From an uncultured archaeon (GTDB taxonomy: Archaea; Asgardarchaeota; Thorarchaeia; Thorarchaeales; Thorarchaeaceae), in NCBI GenBank assembly GCA_964473825.1, contig CAYYQL010000004.1:64001-128000 (forward strand): DNA of 64,000 bases. The letters run 5' to 3'. Below, piece after piece: positions 48,973 through 59,114 of this stretch. Numbering within the stretch: position 1 is the stretch's first letter; each line of letters begins with the position of its first letter. The notes beneath the pieces are model-generated. The model worked only from the letters and a program-made list of their open reading frames with translations, ran no database searches and was not told the DNA's origin. The position numbers were made by a program, and so were the translations under genes.

Positions 48973-49920
48973 ATGCATCTGAAGGAGATTATTCCCGGGT
49001 TCTATGAGGTTCCAGGTGCCTTTGTAGATGATTTTGGCTACATCAAGAGCCATCTGGTTGTAGACTCTGACGAAGTTCTTGTGATTGACCCGGGAACTGC
49101 TGGAGACCCTGGTGACAAGATTGTCCAGAGCATCGAGTATCTTGGTCTAAAACCTAAGAAGAACGTCGTAGGGATACTCTGTACTCATGCGCATCCTGAC
49201 CATGTGGGGGGTGCTTGGCGTCTTAAACGAAAGATTGACGCTCCCCTGATGCTGCATAGTGGCGATGTGGACCTTCTCGGCGACGCGAGTCTGTTCGTGA
49301 ATGAACGATTGCTGCTTGGTCTACCCGGTCGGTTGGCGATGAAGCTCGAACGCGGGCCTTTGAAGGTCAACTATAGGGGGCTTGAGGCCGACCGAGTGTT
49401 GAGGACTGGTGATCACGTTCCGGTTGGGAACCTGAATCTGCGTGTTATCCACACGGGGGGCCATTGTGCAGGACACTGTGTCTTTTTCGAGAGAACGAAC
49501 AGGGTTCTGTTCTCTGGAGATGAGGTGAACAATTATGCGAATGATCCTCGGAAGTTCTACGTAGACCTCACTGGCAGTTTCACAGCAAAGACAAAGGCTC
49601 TGGAGACTCTATCAAAAATTGGTGTGGAGCACCTCCTTTCGTCTCACGATATACCTCACATACTGGGTGATGTTGGGCTTCAATTTCAAGAGGCCTTAGA
49701 TAGCGTTCGTCATTTTCAGGATAGTATCCTATCGCAAATCCGTGCAAGAGAGGACGCAGATATTGACCAGCTTGCTTACGATATGATTCAGAGTCGAGGT
49801 GTTCCTATCCCGGACACCTTGGACGCCCTTCTTCCAACAACCATCAGAGTGGGGCTACGTAGTCTTGAACAGGCGGGGCTGGTTCTTCACACAGAAGAGA
49901 ATGTCTGGAAACTTGCGTGA
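48973..49920 (+). CDS. Metallo-beta-lactamase-fold hydrolase
   Basis: THAHPDHVGG, HTGGH, FSGD, SSH. Confidence 0.9.
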   Translation: MHLKEIIPGFYEVPGAFVDDFGYIKSHLVVDSDEVLVIDPGTAGDPGDKIVQSIEYLGLKPKKNVVGILCTHAHPDHVGGAWRLKRKIDAPLMLHSGDVDLLGDASLFVNERLLLGLPGRLAMKLERGPLKVNYRGLEADRVLRTGDHVPVGNLNLRVIHTGGHCAGHCVFFERTNRVLFSGDEVNNYANDPRKFYVDLTGSFTAKTKALETLSKIGVEHLLSSHDIPHILGDVGLQFQEALDSVRHFQDSILSQIRAREDADIDQLAYDMIQSRGVPIPDTLDALLPTTIRVGLRSLEQAGLVLHTEENVWKLA

Positions 49921-50026
49921 ATACAGTTACAACCGAACTAGATTCAAAAGGCAGCTTGCCAACTCATGATTCTGACCCCAGTAGCAAGCGATGCCGCTTG
50001 CAAAGGGTAGAGTTGGAGGTATCTGA

Positions 50027-52621
50027 TTGGAAGACACGCATGATATAGATCTCTCAACCCCGAGCACAGCTGAGGCGATAAGTCTCGCATCAGCATCTGT
50101 TTTGGGTTCAACCACCCGACGCGGTCACCCAATAGGGACGGCAATCGGCTCAGGGTCGATGATGGAGTCAAACTCTGAAGAGGTGGCTCTCAATGTCATG
50201 CCTGTTGTGTTTTCAGCAAGGGATAGTCTGTTACATGCTGAGCATCTTGAGCTGCTTGCTGCTGAGTGGTATCTGGAGGGATCTGCTGGTTCGGAATTGC
50301 TTCCTGAAGAACTGGTTATCGCCGGTAGCAGTTTCGGCGGCATTAATACTCATGTATGTGTCCTGTCTTGGGAGAAGGGAGTTGTTGACCCCTTCAAGAT
50401 CGACTCGCATATCACGAATCTCTCGAAGAAAATCGGAGATATTGAACAGGCAATCGAAGCCAATGAACTTGACTATGAGAGGGACGGTCTTCTGGTGCTT
50501 AGGAGATTCTCTGATCGATTCAACAGAGTCCTCTTCGTGGACATGATGGACCGGAGGTTCAAGGGCTCGTGGGATTCGGTTCAGATCAAGCACGAAGGGT
50601 CCGAAGCATATCTTCGTGTTCGTTCTGGATTCTCTGAGGACTTCACTTCGATGCCTCCGAGTATACGGGTACTGGAACGCCAAGACATCGAATTCTTGGC
50701 GTCTGGCATTCCTTGGAACCGGGACGCCGGTTCTCTCTCTCGTATGATATCGACTCCTCTGGGTATTGACACGGTTACAAGGCGCTTACCTGAACTAGGT
50801 CGTTCCATTCTGCGAGAGATGAACGCGTATGCTTACAGTGCAGAGGAACTGGATATCGCTCGCTCTCTGGTAGAGTCGCTCATCGTCCGAGTCGGTAAGG
50901 AGAGAGTCATGTACTCTGACTTTGAAAATGTCTTGGAAGTTGCTAGGCAGATGATAGAAGATTCAAGTGTCATCCTGTCTTTAGTCACGAAGTCTCTCGA
51001 AGAACACATCCAGTCTGGCAAGGTATTGACAGTTCCTCAACACATTGACTCAGTAGGAGAGGCTCTAGATGAGTTGGCAGAGGGTGCTGGAGATGGCGAA
51101 GTGATCAAGAGCTTGCTTGAGCAGCTTGAAAAATCACTACTCAGAACTTTCCCCAAAGAGAACGAAGTGAGAGCTTGGCAGATGCGAAGCTCCATTAGGT
51201 ATTTCCTTACCTATTATCGGAGAGTTAACAGCTATTTCATTAGGGATCTGAAACGATACCTGGTTATCGGTGCGGTGACAGAGGCCTTCATGTTGGCTCT
51301 TGAGGGATTTAGGGATGACCTGGGGGTCCAGGATTATGACAACGTAGACTCCCTGCTATTTACAAAGTTCTTTGTCGAACTAGTTTCCCAGCTTCGGGCA
51401 GTATTTGATAGAGAGGCATTCGAGTCGGGCAAGACGAGTGGATATTCGGAACTCGCAGAGTCTCTCGGGCACAGACTCATGGATGCATTCGAGCAGATTG
51501 AAATCTGGAGTCTCGTGTCCTTTGGCGACTTGGCTGAGATTGTACGGACGCAGATTGTTTCTGAGTACTCAGACTCGGGTTCAGAAGACACACTTGACGA
51601 GGAGGGGAAACGACTGATTCAACGTTTGAACGCCCTCGAACTTGTTATCTCTGAAACACTACCAGATTTTGTTGATCATGTTTCGTCAGCTCCATTCATG
51701 TCTGAGTTCTTGATGAGAGGTCTGAAGAGCGATAGACCTGGCAAGGATAGGTTGATAGAGATTCTTAGAGGCGCAAAGAGCAAACCTGATGAATGGATCC
51801 AAGAAGCTGCAGGATGGGTAGATGCGTTTGCCCCAGACACTCCATATAACTCCGACACCGAGCTACTCGCAGACTTCCTGACCTTCGTGCATAAGAGGTA
51901 TGGAGCTGGCATCTCTGCTGCATCCATGGTGGAAAGAGTTGCTGGTGAGGAGAAAACGCTCGAAGAGGACTTCCAACAACAGCTGCAGTCGTGGCAAGAT
52001 GAATGCGAAAGGATCGAAGCTGAGAATGCTCCCGTTATCGCGAGGAACAAGAAGAGGCTGGAACTGATTGCTCAAGCGCGTTCCAACTTTGAAAATGAAC
52101 AGGCCGAGTATGAGGAGGCGCTTGAGGAGTATGAACAGCACAAAAGGATGGATTACGATGGGGTGTCTGATAGTCCAAAACACCCGGTTACTCCCGAACC
52201 TCTGGATCTCCGAATAGCTAGAATAGAGCGGGAGTACCCAGAAGGAATTCCCAAACCAATTCCAGAGAAGCCTCTCCCTTCTGAGGCTCTGATTGACTGC
52301 AGGCGGCTTCGAGCGCTGCTCAGTGATAGACTGGAGCGGATGGACGAACGACTTCATGCAATGAGTACCATCTTCTCGAAGCGGCTAGAGCAGTTGAAAT
52401 CCGAAGGAACTCGTCGAGTAGAAAATATCAAACTGAGCATCTCTGATGGATTTCTAGACCATCTATTGGATTCGATGATTCGTTCCTTGGGAAAACTCAT
52501 GCCTCGTATTCAGCGAGTCCTGCTTCGTGATCTCGATGATTCTTCGCGGATACATGTGGTCTCATACGACTACGTGGAAGATGAGTTCATTGTGACTATT
52601 GGATACAAGGAGGTCGCTTGA
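50027..52621 (+). CDS. Large hypothetical protein (864 aa; alpha/beta N-terminus, helical core, coiled coil)
   Basis: Long ORF; ggaggt SD before TTG; coiled coil and Pro-rich segment near the C-terminus. Confidence 0.8.
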   Translation: MEDTHDIDLSTPSTAEAISLASASVLGSTTRRGHPIGTAIGSGSMMESNSEEVALNVMPVVFSARDSLLHAEHLELLAAEWYLEGSAGSELLPEELVIAGSSFGGINTHVCVLSWEKGVVDPFKIDSHITNLSKKIGDIEQAIEANELDYERDGLLVLRRFSDRFNRVLFVDMMDRRFKGSWDSVQIKHEGSEAYLRVRSGFSEDFTSMPPSIRVLERQDIEFLASGIPWNRDAGSLSRMISTPLGIDTVTRRLPELGRSILREMNAYAYSAEELDIARSLVESLIVRVGKERVMYSDFENVLEVARQMIEDSSVILSLVTKSLEEHIQSGKVLTVPQHIDSVGEALDELAEGAGDGEVIKSLLEQLEKSLLRTFPKENEVRAWQMRSSIRYFLTYYRRVNSYFIRDLKRYLVIGAVTEAFMLALEGFRDDLGVQDYDNVDSLLFTKFFVELVSQLRAVFDREAFESGKTSGYSELAESLGHRLMDAFEQIEIWSLVSFGDLAEIVRTQIVSEYSDSGSEDTLDEEGKRLIQRLNALELVISETLPDFVDHVSSAPFMSEFLMRGLKSDRPGKDRLIEILRGAKSKPDEWIQEAAGWVDAFAPDTPYNSDTELLADFLTFVHKRYGAGISAASMVERVAGEEKTLEEDFQQQLQSWQDECERIEAENAPVIARNKKRLELIAQARSNFENEQAEYEEALEEYEQHKRMDYDGVSDSPKHPVTPEPLDLRIARIEREYPEGIPKPIPEKPLPSEALIDCRRLRALLSDRLERMDERLHAMSTIFSKRLEQLKSEGTRRVENIKLSISDGFLDHLLDSMIRSLGKLMPRIQRVLLRDLDDSSRIHVVSYDYVEDEFIVTIGYKEVA

Positions 52622-52624
52622 TAG

Positions 52625-55066
52625 ATGTCTAGCACTTGGATACTGAAAACCAAGCAAATGAGCGAGGCAGGTAAGGAGATTATTCTCACAGAGGCGCTAG
52701 CGACTCACATGCGTAGTAACAGGGACCGAGAGCTTCTGTCCAGCATACTCAAGGAGAATAGGCCCCTAGAAGACATAATGTCATTTTTCGCAGCCTTCTA
52801 TCTCTACAACTATCAGGGCCTTCGACTGCTCAGCATGAGTGATGACGAACAACTGACTATTGAGAAGAAGAAAGAGCTCTCGCATGATGAGCGTCGCTAT
52901 CTTGAGATGGAGATTCGTGAGATACTGGAGAATAGGCTGAGAGAAGAGATTGACATCGAGCGACTGATTTCGGAGTTTGTGTTGGAGCTCGTTGATATAC
53001 CGGGTGTGCAGGCACGAGAAGATGAAGCAGCTTCTAAGGTGGTCAGTCTTGTTGAGGGCTATCTTGAGAAGATTCCACACGACTATTCTCCTAACAGTGC
53101 CCTTGATTTCATTCTTGGCATCACAGGTTGGCGAAAGCGTTGGCTGGATGAGCTTTATGCGAAGGCCTCGGGACTGAAGGAATCCTCACTATCTCTCAGG
53201 GATGAATTACTAAGAGAACATGAGGCTGAAGTCGTAGAGACCTCGGTTGTTAGGAGGCTGCTATCATTCATTGCTGGAGGAGAATCCTATTTGAGCGGCC
53301 CTCTGACTGGGGCTGATATTCCTCATGAAATCCTTGTCGAGATTACTCAGGCGTCAATTGACTTTCTGTTTCCTCGGTCCGGTTCTCTGGATCCTATCCG
53401 CTTGGCTCATGGCTCACGGATAGAGATACTTGACTGGCTTGTTGAGGAAGTCGATTCTCTCACTAACCTCAGTGACCTTGAAAAGCGATTGGCTGACAGA
53501 ATAACGGAAGAGATCACCACCAGCATTCCAGATAATCCCCAGTATGCCTTTCCCTTTATCAGTCACCTCGTGTCTGTAGAAGAAGAGATAGTTAGAAGTG
53601 GACTGGCCGCTAAGCGTCTGGTGGATCCGGAAACCCTGCTTGAGGGCCTCAGTTCATTTTCAAGTGACTCTGCTGTAGAAGAAACACCAAGTCAATACAG
53701 CCCGAAGGAGCTCGAGGACATAGAGCGTTCGCTACGAACTCTGGAGAAGCTCGAAGACACACTGGAAAAACCTGTTAAAGGAATGCTTAGAGCACGAGGT
53801 CTTAGAGCTGAAGAGCTTGACAAAGTTGGTATTAACATCTTGGCGAAGAATCCATCCGAACTCATCGCCATCGAATCACAAGTATTGGATGAACTAAGAA
53901 AGAAGATGAGGGTGCCCTCTCATGAAGAATTCCTCGAGATGCTGAAGGCCCGAGAACTCGTTGAGCACGGTGGCCTAGGAGAGATGGGCATCTCTTCTTC
54001 CTCCGACATGACGATACAGAGACAACATGAGGAAGCGGTAGCATCTCTAAGAATGGACCTAGTTTGGCATTTCATGATAGGCACTCTGAAGAACCTCGCA
54101 AGGGTCGTCGAGACCTATCTGAGGTCGAAGCAGGATCTATTACGGAGCAAGGCGCTGCTCTTGAGCATTTATCAAGATGCCGCCACAGAACTTCAATTCT
54201 TGCGAGAGGAGATTCTGATTGACTTACTATCGGAACGTATTCTCGAAATGAAGCAGGTTCATCCACATCTTGATGGGATGATGATACGCTCTTGGATGCA
54301 TGCCCGGCTGTCAAATCAGCACATGTCCGCTGCGAGGGAGGAGCTTGAGAAAACACCGAGCCCGGTCTTTGAGGGAGTGACTGACGAACCCCTGCAGGCC
54401 AGTACATTATCATTCGATAACTATGCCATATCCTTTGACCTGATGCAACGATTCCTAAGACGAGAGCGCAGGGAGAAACTCGCCAAGGAACAGCTTGCAC
54501 TTGAAGCAGAACGAGAGGAGAAGCGACTTCTTGAGAAGAAGAAGAGAGAGATTGATGTACTCTCATTCATCTATACGAAAGCCCATACAGTATTCAAAGC
54601 AACTGGCAGGGTTGGCACCGCAGGTCTGGAGTGGGATGAGAATGATTCGGCAAAATGCTCGAACATGCTTTCTTTCTTCGTGCAGACAAAAAGAGGTCGT
54701 CCAATCTGCCAAGTCTGTGGAAGTACCCCAAAGGATGGGAAGTGTGAAACGCACGGCAAAGGACAGATGAAGACCAGCGATGACATCGATAATCTATCCG
54801 TCTTTGTGATGAGATCTCTCTCAGATATCAAGTCTGGGCTCATCGGGCCTACCGCTGAACCAGTATCATGGAGCGAGGCAAGGTCAATCGTTCAGAGAGA
54901 GATAAGCCGTCTGAAGCGGAAGGGGAAGATCACCTCAAAGATGGATCTCAAACAGCTTATGCTTGGAGAGATAAACCACATCATTGGTCCTGCGATAACC
55001 AGCGTCATAGCAGATTACTTCAATGACTCATTGGGGTATGCTGCCCGAAGCGCCGGCATAGCTTGA
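52625..55066 (+). CDS. Large hypothetical helical protein (813 aa) with coiled coil and CCCH-type zinc site
   Basis: Starts 3 nt after the upstream stop with ggaggt SD; CQVCGSTPKDGKCETHG. Confidence 0.8.
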   Translation: MSSTWILKTKQMSEAGKEIILTEALATHMRSNRDRELLSSILKENRPLEDIMSFFAAFYLYNYQGLRLLSMSDDEQLTIEKKKELSHDERRYLEMEIREILENRLREEIDIERLISEFVLELVDIPGVQAREDEAASKVVSLVEGYLEKIPHDYSPNSALDFILGITGWRKRWLDELYAKASGLKESSLSLRDELLREHEAEVVETSVVRRLLSFIAGGESYLSGPLTGADIPHEILVEITQASIDFLFPRSGSLDPIRLAHGSRIEILDWLVEEVDSLTNLSDLEKRLADRITEEITTSIPDNPQYAFPFISHLVSVEEEIVRSGLAAKRLVDPETLLEGLSSFSSDSAVEETPSQYSPKELEDIERSLRTLEKLEDTLEKPVKGMLRARGLRAEELDKVGINILAKNPSELIAIESQVLDELRKKMRVPSHEEFLEMLKARELVEHGGLGEMGISSSSDMTIQRQHEEAVASLRMDLVWHFMIGTLKNLARVVETYLRSKQDLLRSKALLLSIYQDAATELQFLREEILIDLLSERILEMKQVHPHLDGMMIRSWMHARLSNQHMSAAREELEKTPSPVFEGVTDEPLQASTLSFDNYAISFDLMQRFLRRERREKLAKEQLALEAEREEKRLLEKKKREIDVLSFIYTKAHTVFKATGRVGTAGLEWDENDSAKCSNMLSFFVQTKRGRPICQVCGSTPKDGKCETHGKGQMKTSDDIDNLSVFVMRSLSDIKSGLIGPTAEPVSWSEARSIVQREISRLKRKGKITSKMDLKQLMLGEINHIIGPAITSVIADYFNDSLGYAARSAGIA

Positions 55067-55399
55067 TCACTTCTCGGAAGACTCGGAATTCACACTTTGT
55101 GTTATCCAGTCCAGATAGGTATCATTTCCTTCAATAATCGGTAGGACAATGAATTCTGGCACTTCGTAGGGATGAGAGGCCAAGAGCGCTTGCTCTAGAG
55201 ATGCAATTTTCACCGCCGTGGTCTTGATGATTAGAAGGTCTTCTGGTTCCTTCTCGATTTCACCTTTCCATCGGTAGACGCTTGATAGACCTCTGACTAT
55301 GCTCACACATGCACAGAGCCGCTTCTCAACGAACTCTTCCGCGATGCGATCCGAAGAATCGCGTTGGCAAGTGGTTAATGCAATACGGAATTCAGTCAT
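55067..55399 (-). CDS. cutA: Divalent-cation tolerance protein CutA
   Basis: LCACVS, SVYRWKG, IKTT, HPYEVPE, YLDW. Confidence 0.95.
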   Translation of the reverse strand: MTEFRIALTTCQRDSSDRIAEEFVEKRLCACVSIVRGLSSVYRWKGEIEKEPEDLLIIKTTAVKIASLEQALLASHPYEVPEFIVLPIIEGNDTYLDWITQSVNSESSEK

Positions 55400-55468
55400 G
55401 ACATCACATTGCGAGTGGAAACTTATATACGCCCTCTATCTCCGGAGTGAGTGTTGAGGGAACTCTGA

Positions 55469-56869
55469 ATGGTTTCAAAGTTCAAGCCCAAAGGGGTCAT
55501 GCCTGCGCTGATTACACCCTTCACAAGAGATGGAGACATCATGGAAGATGGGTTCAGAGAGGTAATCGACTACACAATTGAGAAAGGTGCCACCGGGGTT
55601 GTCCCGGCTGGAACCACCGGTGAGTTCATCTACATGCGGACCGAGGAGCGTAAGAAGCTCCTCAAGCTCGCTGTAGAGTATGTGGATGGTCGAGTTCCAG
55701 TCATTGCTGGGACTGGGCAGAATAGCACAAGGGCAACAATAGCGCTCACTCAATATGCCGCCGATATTGGTTGTGATGCTGCCCTTGTTGTTTCTCCGTT
55801 CTATCTCAGGCCTTCTGACAAGGGCTACTATGAACACTACTCCAACCTTGCACGGCAAGGGAATCTGCCCCTGATTCTCTACAATATTCCTCAATGTACT
55901 CTGGGGGAACTCGGCTCAGATCTGGTCTACGATCTGGCTGCCCTAGATAACATTGCGGGGATCAAAGATAGCAGCGGCAATATCGGGAAGACGGTCGAAC
56001 TCATCCAGAAGCTCGAAGGAAAGATTCCCGTACTGATTGGCCATGATGAATGCTTTCTGTCTGCAGTGGCTGCAGGTGCCAGCGCGGCAATACTGGCATC
56101 AGCCAATGTTATCCCTCACATCTGGTTGGATATCATGAAGAAGGTCAATGAAGGTAAGATGCTAGAGGCAATGAGACTTCAACACTCTGTTCAGACCTTT
56201 GCTCGACTTGTCACCAGAAACGGCGGTGCCCCTCCAGCAAAGGCCGCTCTGAAGATGATGGGAATAAACGCCGGGAAATCGAGACTGCCTCTTAATACCG
56301 GCGGGACGCTGACAGTCGAATTAAAGGACGAGATTCGCATGGAGCTTGAGAAACTGGGACTCATCGCCTCACAGGAGCAACAACCCCTGATTGATAATCT
56401 AGATATGGTTTCGCTCTTCAATGAGTTCAACATCTCTCCTGACCTTCTCGACGGTGCAAGATTCGGACAGGCCTCGAATGAACAGGTCAGTGTATCTATC
56501 GCTGCGGGGCCAAAGCAAGGTGATTTGGGTCGCGTGTTTGTGAAGCTGCTTACTCAGGCAAAGATTGGACATGAAGCGCTCTCGGTCATTCTTGAGCCAA
56601 ACCTCTTTGTCAAGCCGAGTAGCATCATGGTTCCGGCCCGGACCATAAGGTCGATGCGCCAGGCTTCTCTTTTCTACGGCCCTGTTCAGTCTGGTGCAGC
56701 CAAAGCAGTATCGGCATACCTCGATGCGGCGAAGATACCAGCTGAAGCATTGAACAGCAGTGTGATGATAATGGCAATGGATGTTGACTTGAACAGCAGA
56801 GATCGAAGAGCTGTGACAGATGCTGCAGAGAATGCGGTTGGAAGAGCATTGGCTGAGGTGTGGAGGTGA
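55469..56869 (+). CDS. DapA-class aldolase fused to a degenerate formaldehyde-activating enzyme (Fae) domain, copy A
   Basis: GTTGE, PFY, YNIP, IKDS; C-terminal GPKQG, HEALSVILEPNLFVKP, FYGPVQSGAAKAV. Confidence 0.88.
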   Translation: MVSKFKPKGVMPALITPFTRDGDIMEDGFREVIDYTIEKGATGVVPAGTTGEFIYMRTEERKKLLKLAVEYVDGRVPVIAGTGQNSTRATIALTQYAADIGCDAALVVSPFYLRPSDKGYYEHYSNLARQGNLPLILYNIPQCTLGELGSDLVYDLAALDNIAGIKDSSGNIGKTVELIQKLEGKIPVLIGHDECFLSAVAAGASAAILASANVIPHIWLDIMKKVNEGKMLEAMRLQHSVQTFARLVTRNGGAPPAKAALKMMGINAGKSRLPLNTGGTLTVELKDEIRMELEKLGLIASQEQQPLIDNLDMVSLFNEFNISPDLLDGARFGQASNEQVSVSIAAGPKQGDLGRVFVKLLTQAKIGHEALSVILEPNLFVKPSSIMVPARTIRSMRQASLFYGPVQSGAAKAVSAYLDAAKIPAEALNSSVMIMAMDVDLNSRDRRAVTDAAENAVGRALAEVWR

Positions 56870-56874
56870 CCAAG

Positions 56875-58350
56875 GTGAGTGACGATTTCCATTTCAAGGG
56901 CGCTTATCCTGCACTGGTCACACCTTTCGATGAGGACGGGGTCAATGAAGAGCAGTATCGAGGTCTCATTGACTATGTCATAAGAGCCGGTGCAACGGGA
57001 ATTGTCCCCTGCGGTACCACTGGAGAGTTCACCAGCATGCGCTTCGAGGAGAAGATGGAGGCCATCCGCATAGCATGTGATGCAGCGAAGGGCCGTGTTC
57101 CTGTACTTGCCGGAACAGGTGCTGCCTACACAAATGATGCCATCAAGCTCACTCGTCGTGCTGCGGAATTTGGTGCCGATGCAGCTCTGGTTGTTTCCCC
57201 ATATTTCCTGAGGCCGTCTAATCGTGAGATATACGAGCACTTTGAGAAGATTGCCAACAACAGTGACATCCCTCTGTTTCTATACAATATTCCTCAAGTA
57301 ACGGGAGTTCCCCTTCACTGGACCCTTGTCGACGGGCTTCGCGAGATCGATGGGGTAGTCGGAATGAAGGACTCTAGCGGAGATCTGGTGAATCTCACAA
57401 CCATCCTCGTCAGAAGACCTGAGGACTTTCAGGTTGTTATTGGTCATGATGAGGTTGCTTTGCCTGCATTAGCTGCAGGATGTGATGGTGCAATCCTGGC
57501 AAGTGCTAACGTGTTCCCCGATAGGTACATCAAGATGCAGGCTGCACTTGCGGAGGGCGACCTCAAAGGTGCCATGATTATCCAACGGAGCATACAGAAG
57601 ACCGTGCGGGTGTTTGTGAACAAGGGCGGGGGTCTTGCGGTGAAAGCAGCTCTCAATATGATGGGCGTTCCGGTCGGCAAAGCTCGGCTTCCCCTTATGG
57701 AAGGCGACTCTCTCTCTTACGAGGACATAGATGAGATTCGTACATGTCTTGAAGATATGCAGCTCATCCAGCGCGGACCGGTACGATTCGTCATGGGTGA
57801 GCGTAGTCTTGTCGCGGAGTCCTATCCAAAAGCAGTGGGGCTAGTGCAGGATGAGGTATCTGATCTGACACTGCTACATGGTGAGGCCTTGGCTGGCAGT
57901 GGTCTGGAGGTCGCTCATGTGGACTTGGTCATGGGAATGAAGAACGGGCCCCTCGAAGTGGCAATTGACAACGCAGGTACTACTGTGGAGGGTTTCCATC
58001 CATCGAATATAATCAAAGGTCTTGAACCCACAACCATTTTCGCTCCGACAGTGACCATCACCAACGAGCGACATAGGAATCTTGTGTACGAGAGTGCCCA
58101 GAAAGGTGTTGCTGATGCCGTCACAAGAACAATCACCGACTGTATCATTCCTGAAGAGCTGGTGCAGGATATTGCAGTTGCTGTGAATGTCTTTGTTCAT
58201 ACGAAGGCCATCAATCCGCGACGTGTGCATATCAACAATTTCCGTGCAGTCAGGTTCGCATTACGCAGAGCCATTGAGGGGAGGCAGAGTGTTGAGGAGA
58301 TCGCTGCAAGGCGTGATTCGGCCCGCCATCCGTTTGCCTATAACCCCTAA
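56875..58350 (+). CDS. DapA-class aldolase fused to a Fae domain, copy B
   Basis: GTTGE, YNIP, MKDS; C-terminal GEALAGSGLEVAHVDL, AQKGVADAV, VFVH, RHPF; GGAGGTGA SD overlaps the copy A stop; ORF open from 56860. Confidence 0.9.
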   Translation: MSDDFHFKGAYPALVTPFDEDGVNEEQYRGLIDYVIRAGATGIVPCGTTGEFTSMRFEEKMEAIRIACDAAKGRVPVLAGTGAAYTNDAIKLTRRAAEFGADAALVVSPYFLRPSNREIYEHFEKIANNSDIPLFLYNIPQVTGVPLHWTLVDGLREIDGVVGMKDSSGDLVNLTTILVRRPEDFQVVIGHDEVALPALAAGCDGAILASANVFPDRYIKMQAALAEGDLKGAMIIQRSIQKTVRVFVNKGGGLAVKAALNMMGVPVGKARLPLMEGDSLSYEDIDEIRTCLEDMQLIQRGPVRFVMGERSLVAESYPKAVGLVQDEVSDLTLLHGEALAGSGLEVAHVDLVMGMKNGPLEVAIDNAGTTVEGFHPSNIIKGLEPTTIFAPTVTITNERHRNLVYESAQKGVADAVTRTITDCIIPEELVQDIAVAVNVFVHTKAINPRRVHINNFRAVRFALRRAIEGRQSVEEIAARRDSARHPFAYNP

Positions 58351-58473
58351 TCATCAAGAAAGATAGCTCATTGGATGAACGGAAAGAGTCATTAGTTGAG
58401 TGCGCTGGCTCCGTGCAAGAACGACCTTGAAGGCTGATATGAAACTCTCAGACTGAACATGAGGCTTCACATC

Positions 58474-58677
58474 ATGACTGCTTCGTACACTGATTGGCTG
58501 AAAAAAATGCTGGATGAGATCATCTCCACTGGGGCCGACCGCTTTCTCGAAGAGGGCGAAGAGATGAAACTTGACCTTGGGAGTGAGACTGTGACTCTGT
58601 CGAAGAAGAGTGGTCACATCTTGGTGCGTTCCGAGAACGATGCTCTGGATGAGTTTGTCTACATCCCTCGAGAATGA
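58474..58677 (+). CDS. Small hypothetical protein
   Basis: MTASYTDWLKKML...; acidic, protein-like composition. Confidence 0.5.
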   Translation: MTASYTDWLKKMLDEIISTGADRFLEEGEEMKLDLGSETVTLSKKSGHILVRSENDALDEFVYIPRE

Positions 58678-58841
58678 TCCTCATTTGTGTCAACTAGGTG
58701 GGTCGTGTTTTCAACTCGTTCCAAGATGCCTGTGCTCTGCTTTCTGACAAATCCCTACTTCATTGCCTTTGGCCTCATAGAGGCCATCCTTTTAGCTCAA
58801 AGAGATTATATGCATTTATACGAATAGTAACACGATGGCCA

Positions 58842-59114
58842 ATGTTCGAAATCATCACCTTTGTGGTAGCGTTTGTAACCTTGCTGTTCCTAGCAGGGAA
58901 GTGCTACGGCCGGGGCCCCTCCTCCGGGGAGGTAAGAATAACGAGGCCTGACCCGAAGAGAGTTGATGGGTTTGGTGGAGTAAGAGGTTATGATTACTCG
59001 TATTCTGGATTCTCGGGCAGAGGATACAGCAGACCTTTTCCAGTTGGTCTTAGGACTGAGCGAGAGCGAACCGACACCCACAAGAACTCCAAGGGCAGGA
59101 ACTCCCGCCGCTAA
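58842..59114 (+). CDS. Small single-TM protein, copy 1
   Basis: MFEIITFVVAFVTLLFLAGKCYG...; tttata about 25 nt upstream; paralog directly downstream. Confidence 0.65.
   Translation: MFEIITFVVAFVTLLFLAGKCYGRGPSSGEVRITRPDPKRVDGFGGVRGYDYSYSGFSGRGYSRPFPVGLRTERERTDTHKNSKGRNSRR

Noticed and set aside
55469-58350. Plain dapA (lysine biosynthesis) annotation
   Set aside because: ASA-binding Arg absent in both copies, Fae fusions present, and no dapB/asd/lysC nearby
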